Shown here: in pieces, positions 1 through 9,590 of the stretch
How the letters are laid out: each line of letters starts with the position of its first letter
Numbering within the stretch: the first letter of the stretch is position 1
DNA from: Candidatus Fervidifonticultor secundus
Lineage (GTDB): Bacteria; Sysuimicrobiota; Sysuimicrobiia; Sysuimicrobiales; Humicultoraceae
DNA: 64,000 nt
Direction of reading: 5' to 3'
NCBI GenBank assembly: GCA_031459385.1
Contig: JAVKIP010000017.1
Coordinates: 1 to 64,000, forward strand
Position numbers and translations under genes: made by a program
Notes under the pieces: generated by a model
What the model was told of the DNA's origin: nothing
Database searches by the model: none
Seen by the model: only the letters and a program-made list of their open reading frames with translations

Positions 1-807
1 CAGGAGGCCGTCGGGCTTTTTCTTGAAGAGCTGCTGGTAGACCTCGTAGACGGTGGGGAGGTCGGGCACGGCCGGGTCGCGGACCATCTCGCCCTTCTCA
101 TTGATGAAGCCCAGCGTCATCAAGGGGATCGCTTTGCCCTCGCGCACCAGCCCGGCGATCTGCGCGTGGTAGACGAACGACGCCTGGAAGTCCAGCGTGA
201 GCTCGCCGCGCTCGAAGGCCAGGCGGATCGGGCCGCGCGACTCGAACCCGAAGACGACCTTGGGGCTCAGGCCCAGCAGCTCGAACGCCAGCAGCGCCGG
301 CACCGTGGCACCCGGCGGGGAGTTGCTGCCGAAGGTCAGCTCCGCCGCCCTGGGCAGGTCCACCGCCCGTCGCACGCCAGCCCGCGGCGCCGCGTAGAAG
401 ACGCCGCCGCTGCCGTTGATCGCCACCAGTCGCATGCGCCGGAAGTCATAGCGCACCGCGGGGTTCTCCATCATATACGCCACTTTGGACGACACCGTGC
501 TGGCGAACAGCACCAGCCCGTCGGGCTTGGCGTTGGCCGCGAACCAGTTGCCGCCCAGGATGCTCCCGCCCCCCGGGATGTTGCGGATGCGTACGGTCGG
601 GTTGCCAGGGATGTGCCGCTCGAGGTAGGGCGCCAGGAACCGGTTGAGGATGTCCGTGGCGCCGCCCACAGCGCTGGGCACCACCAGCTCGACGGCCTTC
701 CCGGCGTAGTACGGTGTCTGTGCCTGGGCCGCAGCCAGGGCCGCCACCAGTCCCGCCCCGGCCAGCACCAGCCCCGCCCCGGCCACCAGCATCCGTGCTC
801 GTGCCAT
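1..807 (-). CDS. Tripartite tricarboxylate transporter substrate-binding protein (TctC/Bug family), 3' end runs off window
   Basis: Hand translation from ATG at 807 (RBS GGAGGAGG): signal peptide, then YYAGKAVELVVPSAVGGATDILNRFLAPYL...NIPGGGSILGGNW...KPDG, typical Bug/TctC motifs. Confidence 0.8.
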   Translation of the reverse strand, partial: MARARMLVAGAGLVLAGAGLVAALAAAQAQTPYYAGKAVELVVPSAVGGATDILNRFLAPYLERHIPGNPTVRIRNIPGGGSILGGNWFAANAKPDGLVLFASTVSSKVAYMMENPAVRYDFRRMRLVAINGSGGVFYAAPRAGVRRAVDLPRAAELTFGSNSPPGATVPALLAFELLGLSPKVVFGFESRGPIRLAFERGELTLDFQASFVYHAQIAGLVREGKAIPLMTLGFINEKGEMVRDPAVPDLPTVYEVYQQLFKKKPDGLL

Positions 808-906
808 GGTCGCCTCCTCCGGCTATCGTGTATATACTGGGCATGCCGGGCGCATCGCCCACCAGCTGAACCGGCACGTCCCGCAGAGGATCAAAGGGGT
901 GGATGC

Positions 907-3402
907 ATGCCGCATCAGACCACGCACGCCGACGAGTTTCGCGCGCGCCACCGGGTGGCCGCCGACCGGGTGCGGTGGACCTGCGCGCCGGAGGACCTGC
1001 CGTTCGAGACCACGGCCGGCCTCAAGATCGAGGACAGCATCGTGGGGCAGGACCGAGCCGTCCGCGCCCTGGACTTCGGCCTGTCGGTGCCCCAGCCCGG
1101 GTACAACATCTTCGTCTCGGGGCCCACCGGCACCGGCCGGACGACCTACACGCTCAGCCAGGTCACCCGGGCCGCCGCGGCACAACCCGCGCCCTCCGAC
1201 TGGGTCTATGTCCATAACTTCCAGCAGGCCGACCAGCCCCTGGCCATCAGCCTGCCGCCCGGGGAAGGGACCCAGCTCCGGCGTGGCATCGACCGGCTCA
1301 TCGACGAGCTGAAGGACAGCATCCGCAAGCTCTTCGCCAGTGAAACGTTCGAGGCGAAGCGCAGCGGCCTCCTGCACAGCTTCGAGCAGCGCGCGGGGGC
1401 CATCTGGCGGGACCTGGAGCAGGAAGCCCGGCGGCTGGGGTTCGCTCTCCAGCGGACGCCCATGGGCATTGTGACGATTCCGGTGGGGCCGTCGGGCGAC
1501 CCGCTGGTGGACGAGCAGTTGCAGCAGCTGGGGAGCGCCCACCGCGAGGAGCTCGAGCGCCGGGCCCGGGAGCTGCAGGAGTCGGTGGCCGAGGCCACCC
1601 GCAAGGTCCGGACCATCGAGCGCGAAGCGCGCGAGGCCCTGCAGGAGCTGGAGCGCTCGGCCGTCCACAGCGTGGCCAGCGTGGCCATCGAGCCCCTGCG
1701 TCAGCGCTACGCCGACCACCCGAAGCTCGTGAGGTGGCTGGATGCGTTCCTCACCGACGTGGTCGAGCGCCACGACGACTTCAAGGAAGACGGCGAGCCG
1801 CAGGTGCCCCTCCCGCTGCCCCTCCGGCGCCCCGACTTCACCCGGTATCGGGTCAACCTGTTCATCGACCACAGCAAGACCACTGGCGCGCCGGTCGTCT
1901 TCGAGTCGAATCCGACATACTACAACCTGCTGGGGAAGGTCGAGTATCGCGGCGAGTTCGGCGCCCTGGTGACCGACTTCACCATGATCAAGCCCGGCGC
2001 GCTGCACCGGGCCAACGGTGGATACCTGATCCTGCAGGCGCGGGACCTGCTGCTGGCGCCGCTGGCCTGGGAGGCCCTCAAGCGAGCGCTCAAGAGCCGC
2101 GAGGTCCGCATCGAGAACATCGCCGAGCAGTACGGCCTGGTGCCCACGGCGAGCCTGCGGCCAGAGCCGATTCCGCTGGACGTAAAGGTGGTAGTCATTG
2201 GAGGCAGTCTGATCTACCATCTCCTCTACCTGCTCGACGACGACTTCGCCAAGCTGTTCAAGATCAAGTCCGACTTCGACGTGGACATGGAGCGGACGCC
2301 CGAGACGATACTGCAGTACTGCCAGGCCCTGGGGACCATCTGCCACCGGCAGGGGCTGCTGCCCTTCGACCGCAGCGCGGTGGCCCGCACCCTGGAGCAG
2401 AGCGCGCGGCTCGCCGAGCACCAGCGCCGGCTCTCGATGCGCTTCAACGACCTGGTGGACGTCCTCTACGAGGCCTCCGCGTGGGCCCGGCGCGACGGTG
2501 CCGCAGTGGTCTCGGCCAAGCACGTGCGCCGGGCCATCGAGGAGCGCATCTACCGCAGCAACCGCGTCGAGGAGCGCATCCGGCAGCTGATCCGCGAGGG
2601 GCAGATCCTGGTCAGCGTCGACGGCGGCGCCGTGGGACAGGTCAACGGGCTGTCGGTGCTCCAGCTGGGCGACTACGCCTTCGGCCGGCCGACCCGGATC
2701 ACGGCCCGCACCTTCGTGGGTGGCCGGGGTGTCGTCAACATCGAGCGGGAGACCCAGCTGTCGGGCCGCATCCACACCAAGGGGGTCTTCACGCTGGCGG
2801 CCTACCTGGGCGGGAAGTACGCCCAGCAGCGGCCGCTGTCCATGTCCGCCTCGATCACCTTCGAGCAGACCTACGAGGAGGTCGAGGGTGACTCGGCCTC
2901 GTCCACCGAGCTGTACGCCCTGCTCTCCGATCTGGCCGGTGTGCCCATCGACCAGGGCATCGCCGTGACCGGTTCGGTCAACCAGAAGGGCGAGGTCCAG
3001 CCCATCGGGGGCGTGAACGAGAAGATCGAGGGGTTCTACTACACCTGCAAGGCGCTGGGGCTCACCGGCCGCCAGGGCGTCATGATCCCCCACCAGAACC
3101 TGCTCAACCTGATGCTCAACGAGGAGGTGACCGAGGCCGTCCGCCAGGAGCGGTTCCACATCTGGGCGGTGCGGACCATTGATGAAGGTCTGGAGGTGCT
3201 GACCGGCGTGCCGGCCGGCGCCCCGGATGCCGCCGGCGCCTACCCCGAGGGCACGCTCAACGCGCTGATCAGCAGGCGCCTGGGCGAGCTGGGCGACCGC
3301 CTGCGGCGGTTCGCGCCGATGGCCCGCACCCGCGAGGAGGGCCGCGAGGAGGCCCGCGAGGAGGGAGAGCGCAACACGCCCGAGGCGGCGCCCGGTCCAT
3401 GA
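907..3402 (+). CDS. Lon-like S16 protease, LonC/AAA_32 type
   Basis: IVGQDRA, GPTGTGRTT, KPGALHRANGGYL, catalytic EGDSAS and PIGGVNEKIEG; real start MPHQTT at 907 after AAAGGGG. Confidence 0.9.
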   Translation: MPHQTTHADEFRARHRVAADRVRWTCAPEDLPFETTAGLKIEDSIVGQDRAVRALDFGLSVPQPGYNIFVSGPTGTGRTTYTLSQVTRAAAAQPAPSDWVYVHNFQQADQPLAISLPPGEGTQLRRGIDRLIDELKDSIRKLFASETFEAKRSGLLHSFEQRAGAIWRDLEQEARRLGFALQRTPMGIVTIPVGPSGDPLVDEQLQQLGSAHREELERRARELQESVAEATRKVRTIEREAREALQELERSAVHSVASVAIEPLRQRYADHPKLVRWLDAFLTDVVERHDDFKEDGEPQVPLPLPLRRPDFTRYRVNLFIDHSKTTGAPVVFESNPTYYNLLGKVEYRGEFGALVTDFTMIKPGALHRANGGYLILQARDLLLAPLAWEALKRALKSREVRIENIAEQYGLVPTASLRPEPIPLDVKVVVIGGSLIYHLLYLLDDDFAKLFKIKSDFDVDMERTPETILQYCQALGTICHRQGLLPFDRSAVARTLEQSARLAEHQRRLSMRFNDLVDVLYEASAWARRDGAAVVSAKHVRRAIEERIYRSNRVEERIRQLIREGQILVSVDGGAVGQVNGLSVLQLGDYAFGRPTRITARTFVGGRGVVNIERETQLSGRIHTKGVFTLAAYLGGKYAQQRPLSMSASITFEQTYEEVEGDSASSTELYALLSDLAGVPIDQGIAVTGSVNQKGEVQPIGGVNEKIEGFYYTCKALGLTGRQGVMIPHQNLLNLMLNEEVTEAVRQERFHIWAVRTIDEGLEVLTGVPAGAPDAAGAYPEGTLNALISRRLGELGDRLRRFAPMARTREEGREEAREEGERNTPEAAPGP

Positions 3403-4373
3403 ACGTCACGGTCGTCGGCGCCGGGGGGCTCGGTGGCTACTACGGCGGTCTCCTGGCGCGAGCCGGATGGGTCGTCACGTTCGTGGCCCGGGGCGCCCAT
3501 CTCGAGGCGCTGCGCCGGCAAGGCGGGGTGCGCATCCACGCGACCCACGGCGAGTTCCTGGCCCCGGCGCGGGCGGTGGCCACCCCTGCCGAGGCGCCGC
3601 CGGCCGACCTGGTGCTCTTCACCGTGAAGTCGTTCGACACCCGTGCGGCCGCCGAGGCGCTGGCCGCCACCCTGACACCGCAGACCGCGGTCCTGTCCCT
3701 GCAGAACGGCGTGGACAACGAAGAGGTGCTGGCAGAGGTCTGCGGCGCCGGGCGGGTGCTCGGCGGGGCGGTCTACATCTTCGCGACCATCGCGGCCCCG
3801 GGCGCGATCGCGCAGACCGGTGGGCCGCGGCGCGTCGTCTTCGGCGAGTGGCCAGCCGGGACGAGCGCCCGGGTCCAGCGGCTGACCCAGGCCCTCCGCG
3901 ACGCCGGATGGATCGTCGAGCCGACCGACGACATCGCCCGCGAGAAGTGGATCAAGTACACGTTCATCTGCGCGCAGGCCGGCATGACCGCGTTGACCCG
4001 GTTGCCGATCGGCGCCATCCGCGACTGTCCGGCCACGTGGGCGATGTTCCGCCAGATCCTGGAGGAGGTCGCGGCCGTGGGCCGCGCCCGTGGCGTGCGC
4101 CTGCCCGACGATCTGATCGAGCGCCACCTAGCCTTCGCGCAGCACCTCGAGCCCCACGGGTCCTCCTCGCTGGCCGCCGACCTGGCCCAGGGCAAGCGCC
4201 TGGAGATCGAGGCCCTGCACGGCACCGTGGTGCGCTACGGGCAGGCGCTGGGGATTCCGACGCCGGCCTGCGCGGCGGTCTATGCGGCGCTGCTGCCGCA
4301 CGATGCGCAGGCCAGGAGTGCTACAGGGCGCGCGCCCGCGCGCCGATCCAGTCACCTCCGCGCGAGCAGATGA
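3399..4373 (+). CDS. panE: 2-dehydropantoate 2-reductase (ketopantoate reductase)
   Basis: GAGGLGG Rossmann motif, VKSFD, LQNG, SSLAADL, LEIEALHG; ATGA overlap with the upstream gene. Confidence 0.88.
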   Translation: MNVTVVGAGGLGGYYGGLLARAGWVVTFVARGAHLEALRRQGGVRIHATHGEFLAPARAVATPAEAPPADLVLFTVKSFDTRAAAEALAATLTPQTAVLSLQNGVDNEEVLAEVCGAGRVLGGAVYIFATIAAPGAIAQTGGPRRVVFGEWPAGTSARVQRLTQALRDAGWIVEPTDDIAREKWIKYTFICAQAGMTALTRLPIGAIRDCPATWAMFRQILEEVAAVGRARGVRLPDDLIERHLAFAQHLEPHGSSSLAADLAQGKRLEIEALHGTVVRYGQALGIPTPACAAVYAALLPHDAQARSATGRAPARRSSHLRASR

Positions 4374-4380
4374 CGGTACT

Positions 4381-4650
4381 GGCCGTGCACCCCCCGTCGA
4401 CGACCGTCCCCCGGGCGGTATCCGCGTCGCTGGCTCGGACCAGGTATCCCTGCGGCACACGGGAACGCTGACGTACCGTTGCTCCCTTCCGGGCCTGGCG
4501 GGGTTGGTCAGTTCCCGTTGCACAGGACCCGGCCGTCGTCGCTGCGCGCGCAGGCCTGACCCCACGAGACGGCGCCTCTGGGCGGGAGTTCAGCCCCGCT
4601 GTAGCGGATTGCGGGTACAGGGAACCGCTAGCTCCCCGCCTAGCACGGCC
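4381..4650 (-). ncRNA. ffs: Large bacterial SRP RNA (Bacillus-type scRNA with Alu domain)
   Basis: Minus strand begins GGCCGUGCUAGGCGGGGAGCUAGCGGUUCCCUGUACCCGCAAUCCGCU (Alu), contains the Ffh-binding CCAGGCCCGGAAGGGAGCA helix, and ends GUGCACGGCC, which pairs with the 5' end; about 270 nt. Confidence 0.92.
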
Positions 4651-4657
4651 AACGTCA

Positions 4658-4666
4658 TCATAGCAT
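4658..4666 (-). promoter_or_regulatory. Extended -10 promoter of the SRP RNA
   Basis: TGCTATGAT lies 7 nt upstream of the RNA 5' end. Confidence 0.6.
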
Positions 4667-4770
4667 GCCCCCCGGCAGTTTCGGGCAGGTGGCAGGAGGC
4701 GTGTCGCGAACACTCGCGACGGGCGGGATCTTTCCCGTGGCAGTACCGATAGGGTCCGCAGGAGGCGAGC

Positions 4771-6498
4771 GTGGCCCAGCACGAGGGGACGGCGCCGGCA
4801 CACCGCTGGTACCGCTGGTACGAGCCTGGCGTGCCGCGGGTCATCGACGTGCCCGGTCATCCCCTCCACGGCTTTCTCGATGCCAGCGCCCGGCGGTTCC
4901 CCCGGCACGTGGCGCTGATGCAGGCCGGACCCAGGTTCGACCGCCGGCTCACCTACGCCGACCTGGACGCGCTGACCGATCGCTTCGCCCGCGCGCTGCT
5001 CGACCGCGGCCTGCAGGCCGGCGACCGCGTGGCCGTGATGCTGCCCAACTGCCCGCAGTACGTGATCGCGGCATTCGGGGTGTGGAAGGCCGGCGGGACG
5101 CTGGTGCAGGTGAACCCGCTCTACAAGGGCCGCGACCTCGCCTTCGTCCTGCAGGACGCCGGCGCGCGGTTCGCGGTGGGACTGTCGCGGCTGTACGCGC
5201 AGCTCCACGAGGTACGCCCGCACACCCCCCTGGAGGCGGTCATCCTCACCAACCTGCACGACTTCTTCCCGCTGCGGTGGCGGCTGCTGTACGGGGCGCT
5301 GCGGGCGAAGAAGGAAGGGGACGTCATACCGGCTGCAGCGGGCGTCGTGTCGTTTGCCAGGGCCCTGCGGGCGCCCCGGCTCCAGCACCGCCCGGTGGTG
5401 GGCGCCGACGACGTGGCGGTGCTGCAGTACACCGGCGGTACCACGGGCATCCCGAAGGCGGCCATGCTCACCCACCGCAACCTGGTGGCCAACACCCTGC
5501 AGGCCCGCGCCTGGCTCAGCGACCTGCGGGAAGGCGGCGAGCGCATCCTGGCGGTGGTCCCGTTCTTCCACGTCTTCGGCCTCACCGTGTGCATGAACGT
5601 GGCGGTGGCCATCGCCGCCACCAGCATCGTACTGCTCATGCGCATGTTCGAGGTGAAGACCGTCGTGGAGGCGGTGGCGCGCTACCGGCCGACGATCTTC
5701 CCCGGCGTGCCGGCGATGTACGTGGCCATCAACCAGATGCGCGATGTGGAGAAGTACGACCTCAAGTCCATCCGGGCCTGCGTCTCGGGCGCGGCGCCGC
5801 TGCCCGTCGAGGTCCAGCGGCGCTTCGAGGCGCTGACCGGCGGACGCATCGCGGAGGGGTACGGCCTGTCGGAGGCCTCACCGCTCACCCACGCCAACCC
5901 CATCCACGGCACGCGCAAGGTGGGCTCCATCGGCCTCCCCGTGCCGTCCACCGAGGCGAAGATCGTCGACGTCGAGACCGGCACACGCGACCTGCCGCCC
6001 GGCGAGGTGGGGGAGCTGGTCATCCGCGGCCCGCAGGTGATGAAGGGCTACTGGCGCAACCCCGAGGAGACCGCCGGCGTGCTCCGCCACGGCTGGCTGT
6101 ACACGGGCGACATCGCCCGCATGGACGAGGACGGCTTTTTCTTCATCGAGGACCGCAAGAAGGACATGGTGAACATCGGGGGGTTCAAGGTCTTCCCGCG
6201 CGAGGTGGAGGAGGTGCTCTACGCGCACCCGCGCGTGAAGGAGGCGGCCGTGGTCGGCGTGCGCCACCGCATCCGGGGCGAGATGCTGGTGGCCCACGTC
6301 GTCCCCCGGGACGCGGTGGACGCGCGGGCGTTCGTGCGCGAGCTCCACGACCACTGCTCGCGCCACCTCTCGGCCTACAAGGTGCCCCGACGCTTCGAGA
6401 TCGTCGCCGAGATTCCCAAGACGCTGGTGGGGAAGGCGCTGCGGCGCACCATCCGCGAGCAGGAAGAGGCACGGCCGGCTGCCGGGCAGGAGGAGTAG
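4771..6498 (+). CDS. fadD: Long-chain-fatty-acid--CoA ligase
   Basis: AMP-binding motifs LQYTGGTTGIPKAAMLTH, EGYGLSE, GWLYTGD, DRKKD, PKTLVGK. Confidence 0.88.
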   Translation: MAQHEGTAPAHRWYRWYEPGVPRVIDVPGHPLHGFLDASARRFPRHVALMQAGPRFDRRLTYADLDALTDRFARALLDRGLQAGDRVAVMLPNCPQYVIAAFGVWKAGGTLVQVNPLYKGRDLAFVLQDAGARFAVGLSRLYAQLHEVRPHTPLEAVILTNLHDFFPLRWRLLYGALRAKKEGDVIPAAAGVVSFARALRAPRLQHRPVVGADDVAVLQYTGGTTGIPKAAMLTHRNLVANTLQARAWLSDLREGGERILAVVPFFHVFGLTVCMNVAVAIAATSIVLLMRMFEVKTVVEAVARYRPTIFPGVPAMYVAINQMRDVEKYDLKSIRACVSGAAPLPVEVQRRFEALTGGRIAEGYGLSEASPLTHANPIHGTRKVGSIGLPVPSTEAKIVDVETGTRDLPPGEVGELVIRGPQVMKGYWRNPEETAGVLRHGWLYTGDIARMDEDGFFFIEDRKKDMVNIGGFKVFPREVEEVLYAHPRVKEAAVVGVRHRIRGEMLVAHVVPRDAVDARAFVRELHDHCSRHLSAYKVPRRFEIVAEIPKTLVGKALRRTIREQEEARPAAGQEE

Positions 6499-6550
6499 CG
6501 GCCGGCTGCCGGGCAGGAGGAGTAGTGGCCGGCTACCGGGCGCGCAGTAG
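6472..6550 (+). repeat. 27-bp tandem repeat (2 exact copies + 1 degenerate) duplicating the fadD stop region
   Basis: CGGCCGGCTGCCGGGCAGGAGGAGTAG at 6472-6498 and 6499-6525; degenerate copy at 6526-6550. Confidence 0.85.
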
Positions 6551-7099
6551 CCGCATTCGGTGCGGCGGCCAGTAGATGAGCATCGCCGGGCCGACGATCT
6601 GCTCCCGCCGCAGGAAGCCGAACGCCCGGCTATCTTCGCTGTTGTTCCGGTTGTCGCCCAGGACGAAGTAGTTGTCGGCCGGCACGACGTCGGGTCCCCA
6701 GTCGCCCGTCGGCTGGCCGTTGACGTAGACTTCCTGCACCGGGACGTCGTCGATCAGCAGCTGCCCGGCCCGGATCTCGACCCGGGTCCCGGGGCCGGCC
6801 ACCAGCCGCTTGATGTAGCTGCGTCCGGGATCGCGCGGGTAGCGCAGCACGACGACGTCGCCGCGCCGCGGCTCGCGCAGCCGGTAGATGAACTTGTTGA
6901 CCAGCACGCGGTCGTGCGGCAGCAGGGTGGGCTCCATCGAGGACTGCTCGACCTGGTAGGCCTGCGCCACCGAGGTCATGACCAGCTGGGCCAGGATCAC
7001 GGCGACGACCAAGACGCCCAGCATGTCGCGCACATTGCGCCCGCCGCGGCGGAGCGCGCCCCACGCCCGGATGATCTCCGTGCGAATCTCCGTCTTCAC
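6533..7099 (-). CDS. lepB: Signal peptidase I
   Basis: SSMEPTL, IKRLVAGPG, YFVLGDNRNNSEDSR; GTG start at 7099 chosen because the longer ORF overlaps the tRNA. Confidence 0.92.
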   Translation of the reverse strand: MKTEIRTEIIRAWGALRRGGRNVRDMLGVLVVAVILAQLVMTSVAQAYQVEQSSMEPTLLPHDRVLVNKFIYRLREPRRGDVVVLRYPRDPGRSYIKRLVAGPGTRVEIRAGQLLIDDVPVQEVYVNGQPTGDWGPDVVPADNYFVLGDNRNNSEDSRAFGFLRREQIVGPAMLIYWPPHRMRLLRAR

Positions 7100-7143
7100 C
7101 CCTTGCCCGTCCTCACCATGCGCCCGTGCAGTGCGCCGCACGC

Positions 7144-7238
7144 TGGCGGAGGGGGTGGGATTCGAACCCACGAGGCAGGCTCAACGCCCACCTACACGCT
7201 CTCCAGGCGTGCCGATTCAACCGCTCTCGCACCCCTCC
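7144..7238 (-). tRNA. tRNA-Ser(GGA)
   Basis: GGAGGGG/CCCCUCC acceptor stem, CACGC-CU-GGA-GA-GCGUG anticodon arm, long variable arm, GGUUCGAAUCC, CCA end; upstream -10 TATACT at 7252-7257. Confidence 0.95.
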
Positions 7239-7339
7239 GCGGCCATCTCTCAGTATACCGTGGGCGGGGGCCCGGGCCCAGAGACGATCAGGCATGCAGG
7301 TTCGAGCGGGATCAGGTACGAGGGACGTTTCCCGCGCCG

Positions 7340-8065
7340 TCAGTCCCGCGGCGCGGGCGGCCCGGCCGGCCCCGGTCCCGCAGCCGCCGCCGTCCCGGGC
7401 GGCGCGAAACGGTAGCCGAAGCCCCGCACCGTCAGGATGATCCTGGGCTGCCCGGGGTGCGCCTCGATCTTGGTCCGCAGCATGTGGACGTACTTCTTGA
7501 CGTCCTCGGCGGCCGCGGCCTCGCGGTCGGGCCAGACCGCCCCGACGATCTCGTCGGTGGAAAAGACCTTCCCCGGACGGGAGGCCAGCAGCCGCAGCAG
7601 CTCGTACTCCTTGGGGGACAGCGCCACCGGCCGGCCCCGCACCACGACCTCCTTGCGCTCGTCGTCCAGGGTCAGGTCGCCGGCCCGGATCACCCGGGGG
7701 ACCGCCGCGTAGGCGCGCCGGGCCACCGCGTTGATCCGTGCGTCCAGCTCCCGCAGGTCGAAGGGTTTCGTGATGTAGTCGTCTGCGCCCAGATCCAGCC
7801 CGGCTACCTTGTCTTGCGGGGTGTCGTGCACCGTGACCATGATGACCGGCACCTGGCTGAACTTCCGCACCGCCTCCAGCACGCCCCACCCGTCCATCGT
7901 CGGCAGGTTCACGTCCAGCAGCACCAGTTCCGGCTCGTCGGCGGCGACGGCCGCCAGGGCCCGACCCCCGTCGTCCGCCGTGGCCACCTGGTGCCCCTTG
8001 GCGGTGAGGTAGCGCACCAGGAGGTCGCGGGAGCGCGCGTCGTCCTCGACCACCAGGATCTTCAT
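7340..8065 (-). CDS. OmpR/PhoB-family response regulator
   Basis: REC domain (LVVEDD, LLDVNLP, KPF) plus winged helix (LSPKEYELL, ILTVRGFGY). Confidence 0.92.
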   Translation of the reverse strand: MKILVVEDDARSRDLLVRYLTAKGHQVATADDGGRALAAVAADEPELVLLDVNLPTMDGWGVLEAVRKFSQVPVIMVTVHDTPQDKVAGLDLGADDYITKPFDLRELDARINAVARRAYAAVPRVIRAGDLTLDDERKEVVVRGRPVALSPKEYELLRLLASRPGKVFSTDEIVGAVWPDREAAAAEDVKKYVHMLRTKIEAHPGQPRIILTVRGFGYRFAPPGTAAAAGPGPAGPPAPRD

Positions 8066-9501
8066 ACCGCCCTCCCTTCGGGCAGGGTGAAGTAGAACGT
8101 CGTGCCGCCCTGGGGGCCATTCTCGAACCAGATGCGGCCGCCCAGCAACTCGACGTAGCGGCGGACGACCGCCAGGCCCAGGCCGATACCGTCGGCCTCG
8201 CGCCTGGCGGCGTCGCCGGCCCGCCGGAACGGCTCGAACACCGTGGCGGCATCCTCGGACGCGATGCCGGGGCCGGTATCGGCTACGCTGAAGACCAGCT
8301 GTCCCACATCGGGCGCCACCGCCACCGTGATGCGTCCGGCGGCCGTGTACTTGATGGCGTTGTGGAGGAGGTTGATGAGGATCTGCCGCAGCATCGTCTC
8401 GTCGGTGCGCGCCGTGGCCGTGCCGTTGGCCTGGGTCTCGATGACGAGGCCCTTGGCCCGGGCCAGGTGGGCCACGTTCTGGCGTGCCTGCTCGATCACC
8501 TCGGCCGCGCGCACGTCGGTGAGCTGTGGCGTGATGCCGCCGGCTTCCAGGGCCGAGTACCGGAGGATGGCCTCGATCAGGTGCAGCAGGTGGTCCCCGG
8601 CCGCGTGGATCGCCTCCAGGTCCCGGCGCTGGGCCTCGGTGAGCGGGCCGTCGATGCCCTCCAGCATGAGCTGGGCGTAGGCGCGAATGGCGTGCAGTGG
8701 CGTCTTGAGCTCGTGGCTCATGGCCGCGGAGAACTCGTCCTTGATGCGGTTGGCCCGGCGCAGGGCTTCGTTGACGCGGGCCAGCTCGCGGTCGCGTGCC
8801 TCGATGGCGGCGGCCATGGCGTTGAACTCGTCCGCCAGCAGCCGCAGCTCGTCGCCGGTCTTCGCCTCCACACGCGCGGCGTAGTTGCCGCGGCGCAGGT
8901 CGCGGATGCCCGCGGCCAGCCGCTCCACCGGGCCCAGGATGGCGCGCGAGAGCCCCACGGCTGCCAGCGTGCCCGCGGCCAGCAGCAGCACGCTGGCCAG
9001 GGCGATCATGCGCGTCTCGCGTCGGATGGTGCGGGCCACGTCGGAGAGCGGGAACCCCACGCGCACGAAGACCTGCCGCTCCAGCGGGAACTCCGGAACG
9101 GCGCGGAGCAGGTCCAGGTAGGGCGTGCCCGACGGCGAGCGGCGCGCGTAGATCGCCAGCGGCTGGTCCAGGGGCGGGACGACGACGGCCAGGTCGGCGC
9201 GCCCGTCGGTGAACTGCAGCCGGCCGTCCCGGTAGATCTGGGCGTAGAGGATCGTGCCGGCCACCAGCCGGCGCGTGAGCCGGCTGCTGGTGGGCCCGGG
9301 CACGAGCCCTTCGGGCGTGCGGAGGAACGAGGACGCCTCCCGTGCCAGTTCCTCGGCCACGACCTTGGCCCGCAGGCGTACCTGCTCGCTCAGGGCGGTG
9401 CGCAGGCGCGAGGCGGCCAGGACGCCGAAGATGGCCGCGAACAGCACGGCCAGCCCGACGAAGGCCAGGAGGAACTTGCGCCGCAGGCTGAACCCGGTCA
9501 C
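8062..9501 (-). CDS. HAMP-domain sensor histidine kinase
   Basis: Two TM segments, HAMP, H-box MSHELKTPL, N-box NLLHNAIKY, G1 DTGPGI, G2 GIGLGL. Confidence 0.92.
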   Translation of the reverse strand: MTGFSLRRKFLLAFVGLAVLFAAIFGVLAASRLRTALSEQVRLRAKVVAEELAREASSFLRTPEGLVPGPTSSRLTRRLVAGTILYAQIYRDGRLQFTDGRADLAVVVPPLDQPLAIYARRSPSGTPYLDLLRAVPEFPLERQVFVRVGFPLSDVARTIRRETRMIALASVLLLAAGTLAAVGLSRAILGPVERLAAGIRDLRRGNYAARVEAKTGDELRLLADEFNAMAAAIEARDRELARVNEALRRANRIKDEFSAAMSHELKTPLHAIRAYAQLMLEGIDGPLTEAQRRDLEAIHAAGDHLLHLIEAILRYSALEAGGITPQLTDVRAAEVIEQARQNVAHLARAKGLVIETQANGTATARTDETMLRQILINLLHNAIKYTAAGRITVAVAPDVGQLVFSVADTGPGIASEDAATVFEPFRRAGDAARREADGIGLGLAVVRRYVELLGGRIWFENGPQGGTTFYFTLPEGRAV

Positions 9502-9537
9502 GTCGAGTCTATAGTACCCGAAACGCCCGCAAAGACG

Positions 9538-9569
9538 CCGGGCGGCGCGCCAGCTGGCGCGCCGCCCGG
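9538..9569. terminator. Perfect 32-bp palindrome, probable terminator hairpin downstream of the 9591 gene
   Basis: CCGGGCGGCGCGCCAG|CTGGCGCGCCGCCCGG, followed on the minus strand by CGTCTTT. Confidence 0.55.
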
Positions 9570-9590
9570 GAGGGCGCGCGGCTTGCGGTT

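Noticed and set aside
166..906. N-terminal extension of the Lon ORF
   Set aside because: Antisense to the tctC-like gene; real start at 907
6472..6550. CRISPR-like repeats (also 37724-37768 and 39691-39764)
   Set aside because: Head-to-tail tandem units with no unique spacers and no cas genes in the window
7100..7171. Longer starts for lepB (7171) and for the 9591 ORF (11084)
   Set aside because: Both extensions run through tRNA genes; downstream GTG starts have RBSs
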